Assembly (NCBI GenBank): GCA_012511395.1
Contig: JAAZGD010000057.1
Span: 1 to 44,770 of the forward strand
Length of the DNA stretch: 44,770 nt
DNA from: Clostridiales bacterium
GTDB lineage: Bacteria > Bacillota > Clostridia > Peptostreptococcales > Anaerovoracaceae
Direction: 5' to 3'
The notes under the pieces are model-generated. The model was not told the DNA's origin. It worked only from the letters and a program-made list of their open reading frames with translations, and ran no database searches. A program made the translations under genes and the position numbers. Every line of letters begins with the position of its first letter. Position 1 is the stretch's first letter. Of this stretch, positions 26,470 through 33,659 are shown in pieces.

Positions 26470-27304
26470 TTTTTGCCTCCCTGTATATAGTGTTAAGCAG
26501 TTTTGAGAAGAATTTTTCCCACTTGGGGTTTTCCTCTGCCAGAATTTTCCCCTTGCTGTTTTCTTCTCCCATTTTTTTATCGTAGGGAATTTCTGCGATT
26601 ATGGGCAGATTGTTTTCTCTGCAAAAAGCAAAGGTAGGATTTTCCTCTCCCGTGGATTTATTAATGATTATTCCAAAAGGGATTTCATAAAGGGTAACAA
26701 GATCGTATACCAGCTTTAAATTGTGAGCGCCAAACAAGGTGGGCTCTGCCACCAATACTGCGTAATCCGCATCCCTAATACTTTCAGTTACGAGGCAGCC
26801 TGTTCCGGGGGGACAGTCTATAAAGGTAAAGCTCTTGTATGTTTTGGAATTTTCCAAGAGATTTTGAACCAGCTTCGTCCCCGAAGCTTCTCCTATTTTC
26901 ATCTCTGCCGATAATACAGTGATTTTATCTTTAACCCCCAAGTAGACCTGCCCTAATGTTTTCGGAATTTCTGTAAAAGCTTTGGTGGGGCATACTAAAA
27001 GACAACCGCCACAGGAGTGACAAAGCTGGGGGAAGACCATTAATTTGTCACCTGTATAGGCCAAGGCGTTAAACTTGCAGAAGTCTACGCATTTTTCACA
27101 GCCGTTGCATTTACTTTGGTCTACTTGGGGAAGAGGTTGAGTAACAGTTTCTGCAGATATTATATGAGGCTTAAAGTATATTCTGCCGTTTGGCTCCTCC
27201 ACATCGCAGTCCACATAGACTGCTTCCTTTGCAGCACTTGCTATATTCACGCTGAGAAAGGTTTTACCCGTTCCTCCTTTACCACTTAATACAGCAATCC
27301 TCAT
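26441..27304 (-). CDS. MinD/ParA-type P-loop ATPase with an inserted 2x[4Fe-4S] ferredoxin domain (paralog)
   Basis: The motifs are SGKGGTGKTF, CNGCEKCVDFC and CHSCGGCLLVCP. It overlaps the downstream paralog by 29 nt. Confidence 0.8.
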   Translation of the reverse strand: MRIAVLSGKGGTGKTFLSVNIASAAKEAVYVDCDVEEPNGRIYFKPHIISAETVTQPLPQVDQSKCNGCEKCVDFCKFNALAYTGDKLMVFPQLCHSCGGCLLVCPTKAFTEIPKTLGQVYLGVKDKITVLSAEMKIGEASGTKLVQNLLENSKTYKSFTFIDCPPGTGCLVTESIRDADYAVLVAEPTLFGAHNLKLVYDLVTLYEIPFGIIINKSTGEENPTFAFCRENNLPIIAEIPYDKKMGEENSKGKILAEENPKWEKFFSKLLNTIYREAKSEKTAGFKR

Positions 27305-27309
27305 ATGAT

Positions 27310-27671
27310 TTACCTGCCGTGACGAAGGCCTTCATGAGTCCTTGTAAGAAGGGAAAGCTTTCCTTCTTCAAAAGCCTTTAAAGTTTCTTCTATAAGTAAG
27401 GAGGATGTTTCATAAATCTTAATACCGGCCTCTCTTATTACAAGAGATGCATTTTCTCCCAAGCGAGGTGTAATAAGAACATCTGCACGGGCATTTGCAA
27501 GAATCTGTGCCGCCTTACTCCTGCGCCGGAGGGGCTGTTCACAGAATCATTTAAAATGTAGTTCTTTGTATTTGTCTTTGAATCAAAGATGAGAAAATAA
27601 GGGGCTCTGCCAAAGTTGGAGCTTACCTTGCTTTCATCAGTTTTGTCCGTTACGGGAATAGCAATTTTCAT
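27310..27671 (-). pseudogene. NifB/NifX-family protein gene with a 1-nt frameshift
   Basis: From ATG 27671 (SD AAAGGAG) it reads MKIAIPVTDKTDESKVSSNFGRAPYFLIFD...SPSGAGV. The frame is then lost near 27512-27518. The next frame continues AAQILANARADVLITPRLGENASLVIREAGIKIYE... to TAA at 27310-27312. The 362-nt span is not a multiple of 3. Confidence 0.75.
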
Positions 27672-27704
27672 GTTTTTTCTCCTTTTGCTTCTGGTTATAC
27701 AGTA

Positions 27705-27732
27705 ATTATACAACATAGATGACATATGTCAA
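27705..27732 (-). promoter_or_regulatory. Consensus sigma-A promoter of the NifX/MinD-ferredoxin/MBL operon, with a palindrome over the -35 element
   Basis: On the minus strand it reads TTGACA (27727-27732), a 16-nt spacer, then TATAAT (27705-27710). A perfect 12-bp palindrome TGACATATGTCA (27720-27731) overlaps the -35 element. Confidence 0.65.
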
Positions 27733-27777
27733 ATACTTGAAAAAAGAGAAATTCCTTTGAGGGGGACATTTTTGGCC

Positions 27778-27806
27778 TTGCAAAACGAACATATGTTCGA
27801 TATAAT
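27778..27806 (+). promoter_or_regulatory. SOS promoter: a LexA (Cheo) box inside the spacer of a near-consensus promoter
   Basis: TTGCAA (27778-27783), a 17-nt spacer, then TATAAT (27801-27806). The spacer contains CGAACATATGTTCG (27786-27799), a perfect match to the Firmicute LexA consensus CGAAC-N4-GTTCG. Confidence 0.85.
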
Positions 27807-27833
27807 GATGGCACCTTCAAGGAGGAAAAAGAA

Positions 27834-29066
27834 ATGATACTTCACGTAGACGCAAACTCTGCATACTTAAGCTGGACGGCTGCGGCTCTTCTTGAGAAGG
27901 GAGGAGCGGTTGATTTACGCCTGGTGCCTTCAGTAATAGGAGGCTCTGAGAAAAACAGGCATGGCATAGTGCTGGCTAAATCTATTCCTGCAAAGAAAAT
28001 GGGAGTTAAAACGGGAGAAACCCTCTTTGAAGCAAGAAGCAGGTGTCCCCATCTTTTAGTATATCCTCCTGACTACGGTCTGTATGTTCTGGCCTCAGAC
28101 AGCATGGTTGAAATTTTAAGGCAATACAGCTCCTTTGTGGAAAGATACAGCATAGATGAGTGCTTTTTAAAATGGGAGGGAAGAAGGGAAGAAAGCGTTA
28201 AAGCGGCCTTCGCCATTAAGGAAAGGATTAAGAAGGAGCTGGGGTTTACAGTAAATGTGGGGGTTTCCACAAACAAGCTTTTGGCAAAAATGGCATCGGA
28301 GCTAAAAAAGCCGGATATGGTTCATACGCTGTTTAAGGAGGAGATGGAGGAAAAGATGTGGCCTCTTCCTGTGGGGGATCTCTTTATGGTGGGAAGAGCT
28401 ACGGAAAGGAAGTTGAAAGGCGTTGGAATAAATACCATAGGAGATCTTGCTTCAGCCGATAAGAGATGGCTCAGGCTTTTGTTAAAAAGCCATGGGGAGC
28501 TGGTCTATAGATATGCAAACGGTATAGATGAAACAGGAGTTTCAGAAAATTGCTTCAGCCTTCATAAAAGTGTGGGAAACAGCTTGACCACCTCCTATGA
28601 TGTAACGGCCTTTTCTGATGTAAGGGCCCACCTTTTAGGACTTTCAGAGCAGGTGGGCATAAGGGTGCGAAAGCTTGGGATGGAAGGGGATCTTATTTCC
28701 GTGTGGTTTAAAACAGAAGGGTTTCTTTCTTTAAGCCATCAGCGTAGGCTTCCCTATTATACAGCCTCCACCTCAAGAATATATGAAAATGCCATTATTC
28801 TCATGGAGGAAGCATGGAAAGGCCAGCCTTTAAGGCAGCTTGGTGTGTCTATAGGAGACCTTGTAAAAAAGAAGAAGGGCCAAATAAGCATATGGGAAAA
28901 GACGGAGGAAAAAGAGGACAGGCTTAATGAAACCTTAGATGCTGTAAGAAAAAGATACGGTAGAGAAAGCATAATAAGGGCAAGGTTTGCAAATAGCTGT
29001 CATAAGCCTTTAGTAGGAGGGGTGGGGGATATGGAATATATTATGATGGGAGGATATGAAATATGA
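27834..29066 (+). CDS. Y-family (UmuC/PolY-type) translesion DNA polymerase
   Basis: The motifs are ILHVDANSAYLSW, VERYSIDECFL and VGVSTNKLLAKMASE, the ImpB/MucB/SamB-family signatures. The SD is AAGGAGG. Confidence 0.85.
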   Translation: MILHVDANSAYLSWTAAALLEKGGAVDLRLVPSVIGGSEKNRHGIVLAKSIPAKKMGVKTGETLFEARSRCPHLLVYPPDYGLYVLASDSMVEILRQYSSFVERYSIDECFLKWEGRREESVKAAFAIKERIKKELGFTVNVGVSTNKLLAKMASELKKPDMVHTLFKEEMEEKMWPLPVGDLFMVGRATERKLKGVGINTIGDLASADKRWLRLLLKSHGELVYRYANGIDETGVSENCFSLHKSVGNSLTTSYDVTAFSDVRAHLLGLSEQVGIRVRKLGMEGDLISVWFKTEGFLSLSHQRRLPYYTASTSRIYENAIILMEEAWKGQPLRQLGVSIGDLVKKKKGQISIWEKTEEKEDRLNETLDAVRKRYGRESIIRARFANSCHKPLVGGVGDMEYIMMGGYEI

Positions 29067-29326
29067 AAATCTTAGCAGAGCCCATAGATGCTTTAGTGTT
29101 CTTTCATAAAGGGAAAATACCTACTCCTTATAAGTTTAAGTACGTGACGGTCCCCGGAGAAAGAGAAACTGTATATGTGGATAAAATTCTTGAGGTAGAT
29201 GAACAGAAAATTGCAGGGATCCGCTCCTTTGTGTATAAGTGCCAAAGCATCATAGGAGAAGAAATTAAAAGGTATGAGCTGAAATATATAATAGAAGAGT
29301 ATAGGTGGGAGCTTTATAAAATGTGA
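29063..29326 (+). CDS. Small protein translationally coupled to the Y-family polymerase (unknown function; position of an accessory subunit)
   Basis: An ATGA stop/start overlap lies at 29063-29066. The protein is 87 aa with no motif I recognise. Confidence 0.55.
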   Translation: MKILAEPIDALVFFHKGKIPTPYKFKYVTVPGERETVYVDKILEVDEQKIAGIRSFVYKCQSIIGEEIKRYELKYIIEEYRWELYKM

Positions 29327-29386
29327 GAAGAGTCTTCCTTTGTGGTATAATCATAAAAATATTAAAAGTCATAAGGGGAAATAGAT

Positions 29387-29992
29387 ATGATTAAAAAGCT
29401 TTCAGCTATAGCACTTATAGCAGTCCTTCTTTTCACACTTGCTTCCTGCAAAGGTGAGCCTGTACAAAATGAGAAAGAGGATGAAAATAAAAACCCTGAT
29501 ATCGAATGGATTAATGAAATTTCAATGCCTTCTGAATCTGGATCCTCACGAGGGTTGGAAAACATTTCAACTCTTGATCTTTATGGAAATCCCGTAGATT
29601 CGGGAATTTTTAATAATTACGAAATAACCATAGTAGATGTGTGGGGCACTTATTGCAGCCCATGTATTAAGGCTATGCCTGTACTTGCTTCACTTCATGA
29701 GAAGTATGAGGATAAAGGTGTAAATGTTATAGGTATAGTAATAGATATTCAGAATAAGGACTTATCTCCTAAGGCTGAGGGTTTAGTTACAGCCATGGAT
29801 ATTACACAGAGGACCGGAGCAGACTTTACCCATATATTAGCTTCAAAGAATATTATTTCCTCTGTTGTAAGAAACATAAGCGCAATACCGGCTTCCTTTA
29901 TTGTAGACAGTGAAGGCAATGTAATTACGAAAATTCTTTACGGTGGTCACAGCCTTGAACAGTGGGAAGAATTAATAAATGAGTACATCTAA
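29387..29992 (+). CDS. TlpA/ResA-like extracytoplasmic thiol-disulfide oxidoreductase lipoprotein
   Basis: Signal peptide with lipobox LASC-KG. It has a thioredoxin fold with the active site WGTYCSPC and the conserved IPASFIVD (cis-Pro region). Confidence 0.8.
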   Translation: MIKKLSAIALIAVLLFTLASCKGEPVQNEKEDENKNPDIEWINEISMPSESGSSRGLENISTLDLYGNPVDSGIFNNYEITIVDVWGTYCSPCIKAMPVLASLHEKYEDKGVNVIGIVIDIQNKDLSPKAEGLVTAMDITQRTGADFTHILASKNIISSVVRNISAIPASFIVDSEGNVITKILYGGHSLEQWEELINEYI

Positions 29993-30137
29993 AAAAAGGA
30001 AAGACTATAGAGTAAAAGCATTACTTCTGCTTTTAGTAGGCCTCCTCTTTATTGCCATAGGAGTATTTAGAGGAGAAGTCTTTGTGGTTTTAACGAAAGC
30101 CATCCACATTTGTTTGGAATGTATAGGTATAGGCTAA
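29979..30137 (+). CDS. 52-aa membrane mini-protein with a C-terminal CxxC motif (not in the supplied ORF track)
   Basis: The ATG at 29979 overlaps the tlpA-like 3' end by 14 nt. The product is MSTSKKRKDYRVKALLLLLVGLLFIAIGVFRGEVFVVLTKAIHICLECIGIG. The TAA at 30135-30137 directly abuts the next ATG. It has a basic N-terminus, one TM helix and a CLEC motif. Confidence 0.6.
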   Translation: MSTSKKRKDYRVKALLLLLVGLLFIAIGVFRGEVFVVLTKAIHICLECIGIG

Positions 30138-31001
30138 ATGAAGAGGCATATCATTCAAGGAGCTTTTACAGCTATTACAAACAGCTACTATAAAGGGTTT
30201 TTAGCGGGAAGCATTTACCAGGGAAATGGTAAAGCTCTTTGCCTTCAGGGGCTTAATTGCTATTCCTGCCCAGGTGCTTTAGGGTCATGTCCAATCGGCT
30301 CTTTCCAGGCAGTGGCAGGTGCAAGAGGTTATACGGTTCCTTTTTATCTCATTGGATTCTTTCTGGCTTTCGGTGCTTTTTTCGGCCGTTTTGTCTGCGG
30401 ATATCTTTGCCCCTTTGGGTTGTTTCAGGATTTATTACATAAGATTCCATTTCCTAAGAAAATAAGGAAGGTGCCATTTGATAAGTACTTAAAGTATTTA
30501 AAGTATTTCTTCCTTTTAGTTTTCGTGTTTCTACTACCGGCTTTTGTAAGTAATGATTTTGGAGTAGGAGACCCTTGGTTTTGTAAGTATGTTTGTCCTT
30601 CAGGGACTTTTATGGCAGGATGGCCTCTTGTAATTTTAAATGGAGGTATAAGAGGGACCATTGGATTTTTATTTGCATGGAAATCCTTTATACTCATCGC
30701 AATAATTATTCTGTCCATAATTATTTACAGACCTTTTTGCAGATACATATGTCCTTTAGGAGCTATTTACGGCTGTTTTAATAAAGTGTCTTTTTATAGA
30801 TTCAATGTAAATAAGGATACTTGCATAGAGTGTAAGAAGTGTCAGGAAGTTTGCAAGTTTGATATACCTGTATATTTGACTCCCAACTCTATGGACTGCA
30901 TAAGGTGCGGGGACTGCTTAAAAGTATGTCCTACAAACGCATTACAAAGAATACCTTATCTTAGAAGTCAGGAGGAGCTTTTAAGTGACAAGGCTAAGTA
31001 A
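30138..31001 (+). CDS. NapH/MauN-like integral-membrane polyferredoxin (4Fe-4S binding protein)
   Basis: Several TM segments carry CxxxCP-type motifs (CYSCPGALGSCP, CGYLCPFG, CKYVCPSG, CRYICPLG). The C-terminus has 2x[4Fe-4S] motifs CIECKKCQEVC and CIRCGDCLKVCP. Confidence 0.8.
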   Translation: MKRHIIQGAFTAITNSYYKGFLAGSIYQGNGKALCLQGLNCYSCPGALGSCPIGSFQAVAGARGYTVPFYLIGFFLAFGAFFGRFVCGYLCPFGLFQDLLHKIPFPKKIRKVPFDKYLKYLKYFFLLVFVFLLPAFVSNDFGVGDPWFCKYVCPSGTFMAGWPLVILNGGIRGTIGFLFAWKSFILIAIIILSIIIYRPFCRYICPLGAIYGCFNKVSFYRFNVNKDTCIECKKCQEVCKFDIPVYLTPNSMDCIRCGDCLKVCPTNALQRIPYLRSQEELLSDKAK

Positions 31002-32388
31002 AGTAGTTGCTGTTTTAATAGCTCTTATTTTAGTGATTTCTTCTTCATCTATATCATGGGGTGCCTTGATGCCTTTAGGATTTTCACCTTGGGCAGAAGG
31101 GGGCATAAAAAGATCCATAGGTTATGATGTTATGCCCAAAATATATGAGGACCTTGATATGAGAGAAGCTGCCACAAGGAAGGAATTCACTTATCTTGCA
31201 GTTAACATTTATGAGACCTTGTCGGGAGAAAAGATTAAGGAGCTTTCCTATGAACCTTTTTTAGATATAAGTGATGAGGAAGTGGGCAAAGCTTTTTCCA
31301 TAGGAATAGTTAATGGAGTGGGAGAAGACATGTTTGATCCTGAGGCCAGTCTTACAAGGGAACAGGCTGCCACCATGTTAACTAGAATCTATTTAAAGGT
31401 ATCAGAAAAACCAGTTGATAACAGGGGGAGTAGTCTTTTTAAAGATGACAAATATATAAGCTCCTATGCAAAAGAAGCGGTTTACTTTATGGCGAAAAAA
31501 GGCATGGTGGAAGGAATGGGAGATAATACCTTCGGACCCCTTCTTTTAGTTACGAAAGAACAAGCCTTGACCATAGGTGCGAGAATGCTGGACTCCTGGT
31601 TTCTTTCAATGGATAGAGAAAGACCTCTTAAATATACTTTTGGCATGAGAACTAACACCTTGGAGGAGATTTACAGTGTTTTAGAAGGAACAAAAGAAAC
31701 AGGGAGAAACAAAGTCTCTTTAAGAATGGATAAGGGACTTTACGACCACTTTATGAGCTTGGGCCTTCCCTATTACTTTAGAGGCATTGAAGGTATAACA
31801 TGCAGATATTATGAGAAAATAGGACTTGTTGAGATGGAGGTAGCATATAACAGATACCTTACCCTTTCTGCATATATAAATAATAAACTAGAAGGGGAAA
31901 TCACTTCTGAAATACTGATTCTTGATTCCACCATTGACCATATTTTAGAAAACATTACTATGGACTCAATGAGCCTTTATCAAAAGGAAAGGGCTGTTCA
32001 CGACTATATGGTAAAGACTTATGAGTACGATACCAAGGTTAAGGAAAATGACGGGAAAAATATAAGCAGATCCTTTGCCGGGCTTTTGCAAAACCAGAAG
32101 GGAGTATGCTCTGCTTATGCGGAGCTCTTTGATTTATTTATGATGAAAATTGGTGTGCCTTCTCTTACGGTAATAGGAACAGTAAAGGATGGAGGAGGCC
32201 ATATGTGGAATATGGTTTACCTTTCGGATAACTGGCATATGGTAGATGTAACATGGGATGACCCTGTGCCTGACAGGCCGGGGAAAACAAGATATAACTA
32301 CTTTAATATTTCAACTGAGCAACTTAAAGAGACACATATTTTTGAAGAAGAAAACTATCCTCTTGCAACTTCAGGAAAGATTAATTAA
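30985..32388 (+). CDS. Secreted SLH-repeat protein with a transglutaminase-like cysteine-protease core
   Basis: GTG start with an AGGAGG SD, plus a signal peptide. The SLH-like repeats include MFDPEASLTREQAATMLTRIY and NTFGPLLLVTKEQALTI. The C-terminal Cys-His-Asp core is KGVCSAYAELF ... GGGHMWNMV ... MVDVTWDD. Confidence 0.7.
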   Translation: MTRLSKVVAVLIALILVISSSSISWGALMPLGFSPWAEGGIKRSIGYDVMPKIYEDLDMREAATRKEFTYLAVNIYETLSGEKIKELSYEPFLDISDEEVGKAFSIGIVNGVGEDMFDPEASLTREQAATMLTRIYLKVSEKPVDNRGSSLFKDDKYISSYAKEAVYFMAKKGMVEGMGDNTFGPLLLVTKEQALTIGARMLDSWFLSMDRERPLKYTFGMRTNTLEEIYSVLEGTKETGRNKVSLRMDKGLYDHFMSLGLPYYFRGIEGITCRYYEKIGLVEMEVAYNRYLTLSAYINNKLEGEITSEILILDSTIDHILENITMDSMSLYQKERAVHDYMVKTYEYDTKVKENDGKNISRSFAGLLQNQKGVCSAYAELFDLFMMKIGVPSLTVIGTVKDGGGHMWNMVYLSDNWHMVDVTWDDPVPDRPGKTRYNYFNISTEQLKETHIFEEENYPLATSGKIN

Positions 32389-33659
32389 AGGTCCTTAAAG
32401 GAGAATGCTCTTTCTCCTTTTTTAAAGTCAGCTAAAGTATGGCCCTTTCCTCTTAAAATATACTTGTAGGTCAACAGGCCTTCAAGTCCCACTGGGCCTC
32501 TTGCATGAAGCTTGCCTGTGGAGATACCTACCTCTGCACCAAAGCCGTATCTGTAACCGTCTGCAAATCTGGTGGAGCAGTTGTGATATACACCTGCAGA
32601 GTCCACCTTGTTGAAAAAGCTTTTTGCTGAATTTTCATCCTCTGTAATTATGGCATCAGTATGGTGGGAGCCGTATTTATTTATATGGTCAACGGCTGAG
32701 TTTAAGGAATCTACCACCTTTATGGAAAGCTTGTAGTCAAGGTATTCAGTGTGGTAATCTTCATCTTTAAGCAAAGGTACATTAATTATTTTTCCGGTAT
32801 TTTCACAGCCCTTCATTTTTACATCGTCCTTTAATTTCTTGAAAACCATGGGAAGAAAAATTTCGGCAATATTTTTGTGAACCAAAAGAGTTTCAACAGC
32901 ATTACAAGCTGCCACATAATCTGTTTTTGAATCCCAAATAATGTTTAAAGCCTTTTCCAAATCCGCTCTTTCGTCCACATAGATATGACATACTCCATCA
33001 GCGTGACCCATAACAGGTATTCTGGAATTATCCTTTATATATCTGACAAATTCGTTGCTGCCTCTTGGAATTATTAAGTCTACATAGCGGTCCCAGGAAA
33101 GGAGAGTCAAGGTATCTTCTCTCGTTTCAAGAAGAAGAATGAAGTTTTCGGGGAAGCCTGTACTTTTACCTGCTTCTTTAATAATCTGAAATAAGGCTTT
33201 ATTTGTATTAAGGGCTTCACTGCCACCCTTTAAAATAACTGCGTTTCCGCTTTTTATGCAGAGAGCAGATATTTGAACCAGAGCATCAGGCCTTGATTCG
33301 AATATTACACCGATGACTCCAATGGGGCATGTCAGCTTTTCCAATATCAAGTCTTCTGACAGCTCCCTTTTTAAGAGAGACTTGTTTAAGGGATCCTCCA
33401 TGAGGATTAAATCCTCAATTCCGGAAACCACCTCCAGAAGTTTTTCCTCATCAAACTTCAGCCGATCTAAAAGAGGCTGGTCAAGGCCTTCCTTAACTCC
33501 TTTTTCCAAATCCTTGTGGTTTGCCTTAAAAATTTCATCTTTATTTTCTTTAAGCAAGGAAGAAAGAGCTTTCAAGCAATTGTTTCTTTCTACAATAGAA
33601 ACTGCGGCAAGTACAAGGCTTGATTCCTTTACCTCTACTGCTCTTTTATCATCCGTCAT
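32385..33659 (-). CDS. proA: Glutamate-5-semialdehyde dehydrogenase (gamma-glutamyl phosphate reductase)
   Basis: 424 aa. The ProA-type motifs are IGVIFESRPDA, AVILKGGSEA and ACNAVETLLVH (catalytic Cys). It shares an ATGA overlap with the upstream gene. Confidence 0.9.
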   Translation of the reverse strand: MTDDKRAVEVKESSLVLAAVSIVERNNCLKALSSLLKENKDEIFKANHKDLEKGVKEGLDQPLLDRLKFDEEKLLEVVSGIEDLILMEDPLNKSLLKRELSEDLILEKLTCPIGVIGVIFESRPDALVQISALCIKSGNAVILKGGSEALNTNKALFQIIKEAGKSTGFPENFILLLETREDTLTLLSWDRYVDLIIPRGSNEFVRYIKDNSRIPVMGHADGVCHIYVDERADLEKALNIIWDSKTDYVAACNAVETLLVHKNIAEIFLPMVFKKLKDDVKMKGCENTGKIINVPLLKDEDYHTEYLDYKLSIKVVDSLNSAVDHINKYGSHHTDAIITEDENSAKSFFNKVDSAGVYHNCSTRFADGYRYGFGAEVGISTGKLHARGPVGLEGLLTYKYILRGKGHTLADFKKGERAFSFKDL

